Below, in pieces: positions 34,595-49,256 of a stretch of DNA of 64,000 bases. This stretch comes from Macrostomum lignano (taxonomy: Eukaryota): NCBI GenBank assembly GCA_002269645.1, contig NIVC01000309.1, positions 1-64,000 of the forward strand. The letters are read 5' to 3'. Position 1 is the stretch's first letter. Each line of letters starts with the position of its first letter. Under the pieces are notes generated by a model. It was not told where the DNA came from, did no database searches, and saw only the letters and a list, made by a program, of their open reading frames with translations. A program made the position numbers and the translations under genes.

Positions 34595-37500
34595 TAGAAT
34601 GACAGTAAAAGTGGAGTGACAGACTCGCAGTGAGAGGGGAGTGACAGAATCGCAGTGAGAGAGGAGTGACAGACTCGCAGTGAGAGGGGAGTGACAGAAT
34701 CGCAGTGAGAAAGGAGTGACAGAATCGCAGTGAGAGAGGAGTAACAGGATCGCAGTGAGAGAGGAGTGACAGAATCGCAGTGAGAGAGGAGTGACAGAAT
34801 CGCAGTGAGAGAGGAGTGACAGAATCGCAGTGAGAGAGGAGTGACAGAATCGCAGTGAGAGAGGAGTGACAGAATCGCAGTGAGAGAGGAGTGACAGAAT
34901 CGCAGTGAGAGAGGAGTGACAGAATTGCAGTGAGAGAGGAGTGACAGAATCGCAGTGAGAGAGGAGTGACAGAATCGCAGTGAGAGAGGAGTGACAGAAT
35001 CGCAGTGAGAGAGGAGTGACAGAATTGCAGTGAGAGAGGAGTGACAGAATTGCAGTAAGAGAGGAGTGACAGAATCGCAGTGAGAGAGGAGTGACAGAAT
35101 CGCAGTGAGAGAGGAGTGACAGAATCGCAGTGAGAGAGGAGTGACAGAATCGCAGTGAGAGAGGAGTGACAGAATCGCAGTGAGAGAGGAGTGACAGAAT
35201 CACAGTGAGAGAGGAGTGACAGAATCGCAGTGAGAGAGGAGTGACAGAATCGCAGTGAGAGAGGAGTGACAGAATTGCAGTGAGAGAGGAGTGACAGAAT
35301 CGCAGTGAGAGAGGAGTGACAGAATCGCAGTGAGAGAGGAGTGACAGAATCGCAGTGAGAGAGGAGTGACAGAATTGCAGTGAGAGAGGAGTGACAGAAT
35401 CGCAGTGAGAGAGGAGTGACAGAATCGCAGTGAGAGAGGAGTGACAGAATCACAGTGAGAGAGGAGTGACAGAATCGCAGTGAGAGAGGAGTGACAGAAT
35501 CGCAGTGAGAGAGGAGTGACAGATTCGCAGTGAGAGGGGAGTGACAGAATCGCAGTGAGAGAGGAGTGACAGACTCGCAGTGAGAGGGGAGTGACAGAAT
35601 CGCAGTGAGAGAGGAGTGACAGAATCGCAGTGAGAGAGGAGTGACAGAATCGCAGTGAGAGAGGAGTGACAGAATCGCAGTGAGAGGGGAGTGACAGAAT
35701 CGCAGTGAGAGAGGAGTGACAGACTCGCAGTGAGAGGGGAGTGACAGAATCGCAGTGAGAGAGGAGTGACAGACTCGCAGTGAGAGGGGAGTGACAGAAT
35801 CGCAGTGAGAGAGGAGTGACAGAATCGCAGTGAGAGAGGAGTGACAGAATCGCAGTGAGAGAGGAGTGACAGAATCACAGTGAGAGAGGAGTGACAGAAT
35901 CGCAGTGAGAGAGGAGTGACAGAATCGCAGTGAGAGAGGAGTGACAGAATCGCAGTGAGAGAGGAGTGACAGAATCGCAGTGAGAGAGGAGTGACAGAAT
36001 CGCAGTGAGAGAGGAGTGACAGAATCGCAGTGAGAGAGGAGTGACAGAATTGCAGTGAGAGAGGAGTGACAGAATCGCAGTGAGAGGGGAGTGACAGAAT
36101 CGCAGTGAGAGAGGAGTGACAGAATCACAGTGAGAGAGGAGTGACAGAATCGCAGTGAGAGAGGAGTGACAGAATCGCAGTGAGAGAGGAGTGACAGATT
36201 CGCAGTGAGAGGGGAGTGACAGAATCGCAGTGAGAGAGGAGTGACAGACTCGCAGTGAGAGGGGAGTGACAGAATCGCAGTGAGAGAGGAGTGACAGAAT
36301 CGCAGTGAGAGAGGAGTGACAGAATCGCAGTGAGAGAGGAGTGACAGAATCGCAGTGAGAGGGGAGTGACAGAATCGCAGTGAGAGAGGAGTGACAGACT
36401 CGCAGTGAGAGGGGAGTGACAGAATCGCAGTGAGAGAGGAGTGACAGACTCGCAGTGAGAGGGGAGTGACAGAATCGCAGTGAGAGAGGAGTGACAGAAT
36501 CGCAGTGAGAGAGGAGTGACAGAATCGCAGTGAGAGAGGAGTGACAGAATCACAGTGAGAGAGGAGTGACAGAATCGCAGTGAGAGAGGAGTGACAGAAT
36601 CGCAGTGAGAGAGGAGTGACAGAATCGCAGTGAGAGAGGAGTGACAGAATCGCAGTGAGAGAGGAGTGACAGAATCGCAGTGAGAGAGGAGTGACAGAAT
36701 CGCAGTGAGAAAGGAGTGACAGAATCGCAGTGAGAGAGGAGTGACAGAATCGCAGTGAGAGAGGAGTGACAGAATCGCAGTGAGAGAGGAGTGACAGACT
36801 CGCAGTGAGAGAGGAGTGACAGAATCGCAGTGAGAGAGGAGTGACAGACTCGCAGTGAGAGGGGAGTGACAGAATCGTAGTGAGAGGGGAGTGACAGAAT
36901 CGCAGTGAGAGAGGAGTGACAGAATCGCAGTGAGAGGGGAGTGACAGAATCGCAGTGAGAGAGGAGTGACAGAATCGCAGTGAGAGGGGAGTGACAGAAT
37001 CGCAGTGAGAGAGGAGTGACAGACTCGCAGTGAGAGGGGAGTGACAGAATCGCAGTGAGAGAGGAGTGACAGACTCGCAGTGAGAGGGGAGTGACAGAAT
37101 CGCAGTGAGAGAGGAGTGACAGAATCGCAGTGAGAGAGGAGTGACAGAATCGCAGTGAGAGAGGAGTGACAGAATCACAGTGAGAGAGGAGTGACAGAAT
37201 CGCAGTGAGAGAGGAGTGACAGAATCGCAGTGAGAGAGGAGTGACAGAATCGCAGTGAGAGAGGAGTGACAGAATCGGAGTGAGAGAGGAGTGACAGAAT
37301 CGCAGTGAGAGAGGAGTGACAGAATCGCAGTGAGAAAGGAGTGACAGAATCGCAGTGAGAGAGGAGTGACAGAATCGCAGTGAGAGAGGAGTGACAGAAT
37401 CGCAGTGAGAGAGGAGTGACAGACTCGCAGTGAGAGAGGAGTGACAGAATCGCAGTGAGAGAGGAGTGACAGACTCGCAGTGAGAGAGGAGTGACAGACT

Positions 37501-38030
37501 CGCAGTGAGAGAGGAGTGACAGAATCGCAGTGAGAGAGGAGTGACAGACTCGCAGTGAGAGAGGAGTGACAGAATCGCAGTGAGAGAGGAGTGACAGAAT
37601 CGCAGTGAGAGAGGAGTGACAGAATCGCAGTGAGAGAGGAGTGACAGACTCGCAGTGAGAGAGGAGTGACAGACTCGCAGTGAGAGGGGAGTGACAGAAT
37701 CGCAGTGAGAGAGGAGTGACAGACTCGCAGTGAGAGGGGAGTGACAGAATCGCAGTGAGAGGGGAGTGACAGAATCGCAGTGAGAGAGGAGTGACAGAAT
37801 CGCAGTGAGAGAGGAGTGACAGACTCGCAGTGAGAGGGGAGTGACAGAATCGCAGTGAGAGAGGAGTGACAGACTCGCAGTGAGAGGGGAGTGACAGAAT
37901 CGTAGTGAGAGGGGAGTGACAGAATCACAGTGAGAGAGGAGTGACAGAATCGCAGTGAGAGAGGAGTGACAGAATCACAGTGAGAGAGGAGTGACAGAAT
38001 CGCAGTGAGAGAGGAGTGACAGAATCGCAG
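34595..38030. repeat. 25-bp satellite (GTGACAGAATCGCAGTGAGAGAGGA), about 3.4 kb
   Basis: Direct inspection; source of the spurious 1114-aa ORF. Confidence 0.98.
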
Positions 38031-38548
38031 AAACAGGGTGACAGAATCTCACAGGGAGAATTTGAAGGGCCAAAACATGAACGAACTGAAAAGTGCAGGG
38101 AGATATTCGGACGCGAGGGCGGGATTCCGTGCACCTGATTCAATTTCGCTTGAAGGGTGCGCTTGGAGGGCGGTGGGCTGCGGGAAATTTCCCCGATTCT
38201 GGCACGTACAGAGACTGCAGTCCTTCTTTGGAGAAAAATTTCTCTGGCTTGAGGTAGAGAAGTACCGCGGAGAGGGGAAAATTGGGAGTTGGGTTGGGTT
38301 GCCAATCATGAGATGAGAATGGGATGCAGAATTCCTTCTGCGGTACCAGCAAATTGGGTTCCAGTGTGCTGTGCGGGAAAAGTTCGTTCGTCATCAAAAC
38401 TGACTTCACTATTTAGTCATTCTTTTATAATTTTTGTGTCGCTCCGCATTGAGCTTTAACTTGTGCCGGGCGGGATAATTGGGCTATTAAGTTACCATGA
38501 TTTTCTCTCTTTTAAGATGAGATTCAGTATCAGTCTGATTAGATGTGC

Positions 38549-39779
38549 AATCAAGCTGACATGACCCTATCAAGCTGACATGACCCTATCAAGCTGACAT
38601 GACCCTATCAAGCTGACATGATACCATCAAGCTGACATGACCCTATCAAGCTGACATGATACCATCAAGCTGACATGACCCTATCAAGCTGACATGATAC
38701 CATCAAGCTGACATGACCCTATCAAGCTGACATGATACCATCAAGCTGACATGACCCTATCAAGCTGACATGATACCATCAAGCTGACATGACCCTAACA
38801 AGCTGATATGACCTTATCAAGCTGACATGACCCTATCAAGCTGACATGACCCTATCAAGCTGACATGACCCTATCAAGCTGACATGACCCTATCAAGCTG
38901 ACATGACCCTATCAAGCTGACATGATACCATCAAGCTGACATGATACCATCAAGCTGACATAATTACCATCAAGCTGACATGATACCATCAAGCTGACAT
39001 AATTACCATCAATCTGACATATACTATCAACCTGACATGACCCTATCAAGCTGACATGACACAATCAAGCTGACATAATTACCATCAAGCTGACATAATT
39101 ACCATCGCATCAAGCTGACATAATTACCATCAAGCTGACATAATTACCATCAAGCTGACATAATTACCATCAAGCTGACATAATTACCATCAAGCTGACA
39201 TAATTACCATCAAGCTGACATAATTACCATCAAGCTGACATAATTACCATCAAGCTGACATAATTACCATCAAGCTGACATAATTACCATCAAGCTGACA
39301 TAATTACCATCAAGCTGACATAATTACCATCAAGCTGACATAATTACCATCAAGCTGACATAATTACCATCAAGCTGACATAATTACCATCAAGCTGACA
39401 TAATTACCATCAAGCTGACATAATTACCATCAATCTGACATATACTATCAACCTGACATGACCCTATCAAGCTGACATGACACAATCAAGCTGACATAAT
39501 TACCATCAAGCTGACATAATTACCATCGCATCAAGCTGACATAATTACCATCAAGCTGACATAATTACCATCAAGCTGACATAATTACCATCAAGCTGAC
39601 ATAATTACCATCAAGCTGACATAATTACCATCAAGCTGACATAATTACCATCAAGCTGACATAATTACCATCAAGCTGACATAATTACCATCAAGCTGAC
39701 ATAATTACCATCAAGCTGACATAATTACCATCAAGCTGACATAATTACCATCAAGCTGACATAATTACCATCAAGCTGA
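38549..39779. repeat. 19/20-bp minisatellite (CATCAAGCTGACATAATTAC and variants)
   Basis: Direct inspection; a 19-bp variant block grades into a 20-bp variant block. Confidence 0.95.
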
Positions 39780-39851
39780 AATGATATCCCTTGTGCACCT
39801 ACACCGATACTTAATAACGACATCGATAGCAATAGAAAGGCTTCAACTCAC

Positions 39852-40429
39852 TTCCAGTCGACCAATCGAATGATAATCTTGCGCACAGGATTATTGATTG
39901 ACAGGCAGAACAGCACCCGATTTGGCCTGCGGTCCTTTGGCTCCGTCCGGACCTGTCGTTGGGCGCCCGACCGGCGTTGCTGCTGACTCTGCGCCAGCAG
40001 AGCCGTCATCGCCACAGACATCAGGTCGTTTGCTGGCGGGGCGGCGGCTGCGGCAGCGGCGGATACTACAGCTGAATTGGGCTGGCCATGCAGGCGTTCT
40101 GGCGGCTGCAGCGATGAGGACGCATTTCTGCTGACTGACGGATCAAAGCAAGCGCTAGGGCGAAGCGCCGCCGATTGCTGCTGCTGCTGTGGTAGTTGTT
40201 GCTGTTTCTGAACTGATTGCAGTGACTGTCGCCCTTGAGGGCATCTGCGACTACTGCTAACCTCTTTCTGATATTTCTGCCTCTTCTTTGACTGTTGTTG
40301 CGACTGTTGTTGCCTCTGCTGGTTGCCCGGTCCGCCGCTGACAACAGTTCTGTTTCTGTCGTTGCTGTTGTTGCTGCTGCTTGCCTGTTCAGCGCGCGGT
40401 CGGGTTTTCCCTCGGGACGGCCGATCCAT
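39852..40429 (-). CDS. Cav1: L-type Ca channel alpha-1 (Cav1), coding exon 1 (N-terminus to start of IS1)
   Basis: MDRPSRG...RRPNRVLFCLSINNPVRKIIIRLVDWK matches the Cav pre-IS1 motif; GTGAG donor at 39851, phase 2. The start ATG (40429) is the first in-frame ATG and is inferred. Confidence 0.85.
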
Positions 40430-40930
40430 GGAGGAGAGGAGAGCGAGAAGGGGGGCGGCGCAACTCGCCCCGCGTGCGACCGACCGCTCGCGGCTGGGGT
40501 GGGGCCGGCTGCGGAGGTTGGGGTGGGTGTGAATTGGTCGGGCGAAAGTTAAAGGGGGGGTTTGGCTGGGCTGGGGTGGGAGAGTTGAGGTTATCTTGGC
40601 CTCAACTGCCCAGCCCACGGGGGGCCTGGAAGGGTGCCGTGCCTCAGCCAATCAGAGTCGAGGGGGTGGAGTTGAGTGACGATCAAAAACGCTACGGCCT
40701 TTCTTGCACTGTTTTGTTGTACCCTTCGCCTCCCCCCCAGACAGAGGCCACGCACGGATAGGGAGAGGGGAGGGAACAGAGGAAAGGAACAACAGTGCGC
40801 TTTTGCCCCCTATACGACAGCGAAGCCGGGGGGGGGGGGGGGGGGGCGATTCACCTCAAAGCTGCGCTGCACAATGAACGAGGGTCAGCCAACCGAAAGT
40901 GACTCTCCACCGATTGCCAATCACGTTTTT
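40430..40930 (-). promoter_or_regulatory. Putative Cav1 5' UTR/promoter region
   Basis: GC-rich unique sequence directly upstream of the first coding exon, with CCAAT boxes near 40648 and 40917; TSS not determinable. Confidence 0.3.
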
Positions 40931-41864
40931 TTTCTTGGCCGACGGCCCAGAATACTATCGCATTGCGCAAATAGCTAATGGTGTAAGTTGTTGAATAGAA
41001 TACATACGCTCGTACACATGGTAGCAATAAAATTGTACCATTGTGTGCATGGGAAGTCATAGATTTTTTACTTCATGGGATCTTTTATGCTTGTTTGTAA
41101 ACTTTAAAACTTAGTACACTTAGTTAGTAAAAAATTGTGTACTTTCTGATTTTCAAGTTTGAATAAGTATATTATGAGGCAGTATTGATGCTTTAGATTT
41201 GACTTACTATCAAATTTCTCACCCTAGCTCCCTTGCCTCATCACTCTATCTCAGTCTTGCCTTCAGAATCTTCCCCACAGTTGTTGCAGCACAGCAACTT
41301 GAGTGCACTTTTAAAGGCGATAAAAGCGCCCGGCTGTATTGAGGATTAGGATGGGAAGTTATACTAACACACGCAGTGCGATCCGACTTAAGCGTTATCT
41401 AGGATGCCGGGGCTTCGGTCGAGAGATCCTCATTCTCTCTCCTTTCCTCCCCCGCGCTCCACATTTGTATTGCAGGGATTTGTTAGAGAAATCCTCAACG
41501 CTGTTGCTCCTGGGCGGCCTCTCCAGCTGACAGAGAGGCCCAGGCCGCCAGCCCGTCACCCAGGCTGCACACATAATGGGATGCGATGCCTCCCCGCTTC
41601 TAGTTCAGCAGCTACCGCAGCAGTTCGGGCTGTAGTTTGTGGTTGGGAAAAGATTTCTGCAATTATCCCTTAGCCTGAGATTAGCGCCGCCCAGTGAGCT
41701 CTGACCGAACGCCTATTTAGCTGCCACCAGCTGTCGTTTTCTAGGGATAAATTTGACAGTTCCTACTCGAGTTTTAGAAGCGAAGAGGCATGCATAGTTA
41801 TCGGAATTTATTTCCCTGCAGACAATCTAAAAATCTAAATTTGTTCGCTATATTATCCGGAAAT

Positions 41865-42380
41865 ATGGAATCTCACTGACTGGGATGGGATCTCACTGAC
41901 TGGGATCTCACTGACTGGAATCTCACTGACTGGGATCTCACTGACTGGGATCTCACTGACTGGGATCTCACTGACTGGAATCTCACTGACTGGGATCTCA
42001 CTGACTGGAATCTCACTGACTGGGATCTGACTGACTGGGATCTGACTGACTGGGATCTCACTGACTGGGATCTCACTGACTGGGACCTGACTGACTGGGA
42101 TCTCACTGACTGGGATCTCACTGACTGGGATCTCACTGACTGGGATCTCACTGACTGGGATCTCACTGACTGGGATCTCACTGACTGGGATCTCACTGAC
42201 TGGGATCTCACTGACTGGGATCTCACTGACTGGGATCTCACTGACTGGGATGTCATTGACTGGGATCTCACTGACTGGGATCTCACTGACTGGGATCTCA
42301 CTGACTGGGATCTCACTGACTGGGATCTCACTGACTGGGATCTCACTGTCGACTGGGATATCACTGACTGAGATCTCACT
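41865..42380. repeat. 15-bp minisatellite (TCTCACTGACTGGGA)
   Basis: Direct inspection. Confidence 0.94.
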
Positions 42381-42734
42381 CACTAATTGATTCACTATTA
42401 ACGAGAAATAACTCGTGATAGAAAGCGATTGTTTTTTTTCGTTGCACATGCAACTGTCATTTTGATATCTTGCGGTCTATCTGAAACGCAGGGTCCCTAC
42501 TGCAGTTTTGCTTAACTCGGTCAACTATAATATTAATATGTCAGTTTCTTTCGCCGAAATTTATTGCGACAGAAAAATTCAAGACACTGGCGCAACTTCG
42601 CAATCCGCAGGGGCTGAATTCCAGTGGTCGAACGTCAAGTTCTGCTTTTTTCTGTCTGACTCTGCTTTGCTAGCTGGCGTTCTTATGAAATGTACTTTGC
42701 ATGTTTTATGTGTAATTTTATTGAAGAAATAGAA

Positions 42735-43762
42735 TGCATTGCTAATCTAGAATGGATTGCTAATCTAGAATGGATTGCTAATCTAGAATGGATTGCTAAT
42801 CTAGAATGGATTGCTAATCTAGAATGGATTGCTAATCTAGAATGGATTGCTAATCTAGAGTGGATTGCTAATCTAGAATGGATTGCTAATCTAGAATGGA
42901 TTGCTAATCTAGAATGGATTGCTAATCTAGAGTGGATTGCTAATCTAGAATGGATTGCTAATCTAGAATGGATTGCTAATCTAGAATGGATTGCTAATCT
43001 AGAATGGATTGCTAATCTAGAATGGATTGCTAATCTAGAATGGATTGCTAATCTAGAATGGATTGCTAATCTAGAATGGATTGCTAATCTAGAATGGATT
43101 GCTAATCTAGAATGGATTGCTAATCTAGAATGGATTGCTAATCTAGAATGGACTGCTAATCTAGCCAAAGTCAAGTGAAGGAATGGAATGGATTGCTAAT
43201 CTAGCATGGATTGCTAATCTAGCCAAAGTCAAGTGAAGGAATGGAATGGATTGCTAATCTAGCATGGATTGCTAATCTAGCCAAAGTCAAGTGAAGGAAT
43301 GGAATGGATTGCTAATCTAGCATGGATTGCTAATCTAGCCAAAGTCAAGTGAAGGAATGGAATGGATTGCTAATCTAGCATGGATTGCTAATCTAGCATG
43401 GATTGCTAATCTAGCATGGATTGCTAATCTAGCCAAAGTCAAGTGAAGGAATGGAATGGATTGCTAATCTAGCATGGATTGCTAATCTAGCCAAAGTCAA
43501 GTGAAGGAATGGAATGGATTGCTAATCTAGCATGGATTGCTAATCTAGCCAAAGTCAAGTGAAGGAATGGAATGGATTGCTAATCTAGCATGGATTGCTA
43601 ATCTAGCCAAAGTCAAGTGAAGGAATGGAATGGATTGCTAATCTAGCATGGATTGCTAATCTAGCCAAAGTCAAGTGAAGGAATGGAATGGATTGCTAAT
43701 CTAGCATGGATTGCTAATCTAGCCAAAGTCAAGTGAAGGAATGGAATGGATTGCTAATCTAG
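42735..43762. repeat. 18-bp minisatellite (GAATGGATTGCTAATCTA) switching to a 58-bp higher-order unit after about 43165
   Basis: Direct inspection. Confidence 0.95.
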
Positions 43763-44804
43763 CCACGCAGTTGAGGGAACAGAATGAACTGCATACTTTT
43801 TTGTTTTATTTCGGCGGAACCGTTCCGTACTGCATCTTGGCTGGGTTGTATATTTACAATCCTGATGCATTCTGTTTGAAGAAAAATGTCTCAGCCCAAG
43901 AGTAACCGGTCCGATCTCTGCCCCAATATTGCCGAATGCAACTGTGTAACTTCCCGAGTGCTTTATTGCCCGACGGGAGGCATTTAGGCCGGTAAAGCAT
44001 GGCCGGTCCAGTTGGGCAGGGGAAGGCGAGGGCTCGTCTTTGGCGGTCGCGCGCTCTCCATTTACGATGCAACAGATACTGCATAGAGGGAACATGCAGC
44101 ATTATACTTTTAGGCGGGACGGGGCCGAACACTTGGAAAGGATTGTATAAAAAGGCTCTGCGTCCACCCTTCGAGCGATGACTTGCGGATGCCGCAGAAA
44201 TGATGCAGCACCGAGAGGCTGGCCCTGCAGGTCTAGGCTAGCTTGGAGCTTGGAGCTGGATTGCCATATAGATGGGGTGAAATTAGGCGGGGGCAGGGGG
44301 GCAGGGGGGGGGGCAGGGGGTCTCGACTTTGCCTCCTCCAGGTTTTTGGACGCGTCCAAAGAATCGCGTGTCGGAGGCAATCAATAGTGTCTGAGGGAGG
44401 GAGATGAAGGACAGGAGGGCGAATCATACCAGCTGCCGCGTTGTCTGGCGCGGTGGCATTTCCGAATGCTCCGCGCCGTTCACCTCGAGCCCTCGCAGCT
44501 GCCCCAGGCTGGGCCACCATCCCTATCCTTTGGAACTTGGCTTACCTGCACCCCAATATTTCCTCCTCTGTCCTCTCTATCCCTCCTCATGACCTGGCAA
44601 CTTCTGTTTGACTTACCAACAGAAAAAGTCAGTGTGTGCGCGCATCCCGGGAAATCGAGGGTGAAGAGGGGATGGGTGTAGACAGTTGCTTTTAGTCTTC
44701 TTGTGTTTCACCTAGCAAGAGAATGCAGCCATGCACTTTTGCTGGGCGAATACTGGACTGCACACATTGATGGTGTATTGGTTCCCAGATGCGAACCCTA
44801 ACCC

Positions 44805-45396
44805 GGGCTATCAAACCCGAACCATCAAACCCGAACCATCAGACCCGAACCATCAAACCCGAATTATCAAACCCGAACCATCAAACCCGAACCATCAAAC
44901 CCGAATTATCAAACCCGAATTATCAAACCCGAACGATCAAACCCGAATTATCAAACCCGAATTATCAAACCCGAACCATCAAACCCGAACCATCAAACCC
45001 GAACCATCAAACCCGAACGATCAAACCCGAATTATCAAACCCGAACCATCAAACCCGAATTATCAAACCCGAACCATCAAACCCGAATTATCAAACCCGA
45101 ACCATCAAACCCGAACCATCAAACCCGAACCATCAAACCCAAACCATCAAACCCGAATTATCAAACCCGAACCATCAAACCCGAACCATCAAACCCGAAC
45201 CATCAAACCCAAACCATCAAACCCGAACCATCAAACCCGAACCATCAAACCCGAACCATCAAACCCGAACCATCAAACCCGAACCATCAAACCCGAACTA
45301 TCAAATCCGAACCATCAGACCCGAACCATCAAACCCGAACGATCAAACCCGAATTATCAAACCCGAACCATCAAACCCGAACCATCAAACCCGAAC
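44805..45396. repeat. 14-bp minisatellite (ATCAAACCCGAACC)
   Basis: Direct inspection. Confidence 0.94.
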
Positions 45397-46304
45397 CTGG
45401 AACGCATCTTCAATAAACGAACCACGAGACAAAGAAGTCGATAATTTTTCTCTATACCTTCATGCTACTATCAGTAAAATAGTTGTAAAATTGACGCCTG
45501 AAGTTTCACGAGTCTGTCTCACAGATTGAAGAATTCACATTCTCAAGACAGATCGAAATTTCACAATAAGAAATTAGGAACTGAGAAGCTATTAAATATA
45601 TATTGATTCATTTAATTTATTGATTCTTAAAAAATGCAGGTACATTAAGTCCTTTTGAAAAGTGCATAACAAACGTCTAGTCAAAAAAATAATTTGTAGG
45701 AAGTGAAAATTGAGGGAATGAAATTGGGAAGCGCCACTCGGAGACATCCCAGTTCACCAGATGGGGTGGAATTTTATTTTCAATCAATTTTACACCCAGC
45801 GGGGGGCACTGCCCGTGGCCGTCGAGCCGGTGTTACTAAAGCGAGACGAAGCTGAGTTTCCCGCTTTTGAGAAAAGACGACATTTGAGGTTATTGCTCTT
45901 AACCTGGCGTCTTATCTTTTTCCTCAACTCGAGCTTTGCTCCAGACTTTTAGTCTGAGCCGAAAGCTATATGGAGGATACGTAAAAGGTGGGGATCGAGA
46001 TGAGGAGACCTATGCGCGTGATTGGGATCTGAAGTAAACACTGGCCTGAGCTGCCTCCGTGCCAACTGGGTCGCCGCCTTGAGCTGAGGGAAGATCTCCT
46101 CACTCGCGCCTACAGCTTGCAGGTTTGTTAAAATAGATAGCCTGAGATTTGCACCTTTGCTTCTTTACTCTTTGCCTGTATTGGCTGCTTTTTAAACTGA
46201 CTGCCGACATGTAGCGTTGTTAAATTGATCCAAGGGGAACTGACTGCAATTGTTGCATTTGGTCAGACTGTGCGTATACTGAGAGAATACTGGGATGCGA
46301 TCTG

Positions 46305-46745
46305 GGGAGAATAGAGAGAGGAAAGGAGACAAGAAGAGAGAAAAGGAGAGGAAAGGAGAGGAGAGGAGAGGAGAGGAAAGGAGAGGAGAGGAGAGGAGAG
46401 GAGAGGAGAGGAGAGGAGAGGAGAGGAGAGGAGAGGAGAGGAGAGGAGAGGAGAGGAGAGGAGAGGAGAGGAGAGGAGAGGAGAGGAGAGGAGAGGAGAG
46501 GAGAGGAGAGGAGAGGAGAGGAGAGGAGAGGAGAGGAGAGGAGAGGAGAGGAGAGGAGAGGAGAGGAGAGGAGAGGAGAGGAGAGGAGAGGAGAGGAGAG
46601 GAGAGGAGAGGAGAGGAGAGGAGAGGAGAGGAGAGGAGAGGAGAGGAGAGGAGAGGAGAGGAGTGGAGACGAGAGGAGAGGAGAGGAGAGGAGAGGAGAG
46701 GAGAGGAGAGGACAGGAGAGGAGCGGAGCGGAGAGGAGACGAGAG
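46305..46745. repeat. (GGAGA)n microsatellite
   Basis: Direct inspection. Confidence 0.96.
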
Positions 46746-47611
46746 GAGCGGAAAACGCAGAACATCACAGGGAAAGAGGGCATGCATGGAGTCAAAAATA
46801 GCCATTAAGACTCCAGTCGGCGATTAAAATTATTTTTATCACGGTAATTTAAGTCAGTAAAAATAGGGGCTGGCCCAGTTCGCCCACTGAGCAATATGAG
46901 ACATAAATTTCATTACGCAACAGTTTCAGCCGGCGATGACATTAAAATGTTACGGAGAGGCACCTGTGTCTCCATCGTCTCTGCTTAAAGAGCCTGGAAA
47001 GATCGCAAAGACAACCCGTTGCTGGGGGAGGTGAGGTGGGGATTGGGACGAATCTGCAGCCAGTGCTCGCAGCGGGGGGCTGCAGGAGAAGAAGGGATCG
47101 AAGGAGGAAAGCGAGACGGGCTGGTAAGAGGCCACAGGGGATGCCAGGTTGGCCCTTTAGGAAGTCGCATTGGACGGCCTCGCCCTTGCCTGCCCGGGAC
47201 GCGGCGGAAACCTCCCATAGGGATAATAATCCCAGTCATTTCTGCCTAGTTAGTATTACGCGCGTGTACTTATACAAAATTTGCATCTCCGCTGCTTGAA
47301 TCCCAGGAGCTCAAACCCTTCTCTCCGCCCCTCAAAGGACTCCGCTTTGATATTCATTGCCGGCACCAGACGGCTATGGGAAACTTACTTCGGCTGACTC
47401 GGGCATCGATGACTGAGGCTGGTTTATTCTTTGAATAAAAATGACCCTGATATTAAGCAGGGGTGCTGAATACGGACAAATAGTCTGGCTGTTTAGTTCT
47501 AAACTAAACACCTATTTGAGTGGCGCCACATCTGATTAGCGTCTCATCTAAATAGCGCCACATCTAAATAGCGCCACATCTGATTATCGTCACATCTGAT
47601 TATCGCCACGA

Positions 47612-47976
<365 letters not shown>

Positions 47977-48589
47977 TAAAACACTAAGGCTCACGAGCTC
48001 GTATGTCCAGCTTCGCCCAGCCCACCGATAACAAAAACTTCAACTGCACAGTTTAAAAAACTGGAATCAAAAAGCTGAAATTCCCTATTAAGCCGGGTCA
48101 CGAATTTCTCTCGCGGTTCTGTCGCCAAAGCAGCAGCTCGCACGAAATGCCGCACTGGTTGCTCCTCCCCGCAGGAGTGCCGTCTGCCCACTGTTCGAAC
48201 CAGCCTTCGGTCTTGTCCCTTCCCTCCTCCTCATCCTATAAAGAAGCAGTTTGCTCAGTCCCGGTGGCTTCAAAAGAAGCAGCCAAATTCGCAACTCGAG
48301 GCTTTGAAGCGGGGCGTCCAAGCGCTACACACAGCCGGCACCCGCAGCCACGCATAGCAATGGTTAGCTATAATAAAAAGCGATGTAGCGGCTGCTCTGG
48401 CAGAATAGTATAATTCGATAATGCCCCACTGGGACAAGGGGGATTAGCCTAATGAGGCCAGCCTAGGCCACTCTACTGTCTTCGGTGTGGGAGCGTTGGT
48501 CAGGATTTCTCATTGCGGGAGGCGCCATTTCTGTTGAGGGGCGCCATTTTTGTTGAGGGGCGCCTTTTAGATCTAGGGGCATCATTTTG

Positions 48590-48945
48590 CTGGCACCAGA
48601 GGCGCCAGCACCAGAGGCGCCAGCACCAGAGGCGCCAGCACCAGAGGCGCCAGCACCAGAGGCGCCAGCACCAGAGGCGCCAGCACCAGAGGCGCCAGCA
48701 CCAGAGGCGCCAGCACCAGAGGCGCCAGCACCAGAGGCGCCAGCACCAGAGGCGCCAGCACCAGAGGCGCCAGCACCAGAGGCGCCAGCACCAGAGGCGC
48801 CAGCACCAGAGGCGCCAGCACCAGAGGCGCCAGCACCAGAGGCGCCAGCACCAGAGGCGCCAGCACCAGAGGCGCCAGCACCAGAGGCACCAGCACCAGA
48901 GGCGCCAGCACTAGAGGCACCAGCACCAGAGGCGACAGCACCAGA
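48590..48945. repeat. 15-bp GC-rich minisatellite (GCACCAGAGGCGCCA)
   Basis: Direct inspection. Confidence 0.95.
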
Positions 48946-49256
48946 AGCGAACTCGATGACAACCGGAACTAGAGAACTCAGCTGGGTTGAGGACAGCCAA
49001 TATACTGTTTTTCCGGAACTAGCGACACACTCGCCTTCCAAATGCCGCAAACCGGATGTTAAGGAGGTAAGGTAAGAGCAGGAAGAGGCTAAAAGGCAGA
49101 CGACAGGCAGACGAAGGACGAATTGGCATTTTATTGCGCAAGCGTGGCTTGCTCACTAATGGAGCCGTAATTTGGTGGGCCAAAAATCGTGGAATAGTCT
49201 GAGAAAAGAAGCAGGCAGAAAATAAATATCACATTGGGAATAATTTTAGGGGAAAA

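Noticed and set aside
34584-37928. 1114-aa ORF and the other long repetitive ORFs (12625-13615, 14461-16039, 18130-18881, 19414-20982, 24788-25574, 27620-28525, 30524-32044, 41853-43178, 44731-45529)
   Set aside because: They are translations of stop-free tandem repeat units, open in several frames or on both strands, and lie in introns or intergenic DNA.
40430-40651. Longer Cav1 N-terminus starting at 40651
   Set aside because: That ORF-track start is TTG; the first in-frame ATG is 40429.
43165-43762. Repeat-spacer-like pattern suggestive of a CRISPR array
   Set aside because: The 'spacers' are identical; it is a 58-bp higher-order tandem repeat in eukaryotic DNA with no cas genes.
48463-49075. 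(GASGA)n / (APEAP)n ORFs resembling silk, elastin or adhesive proteins
   Set aside because: A 15-bp array open in several frames, with no signal peptide, no synonymous variation between units and no credible splice context.
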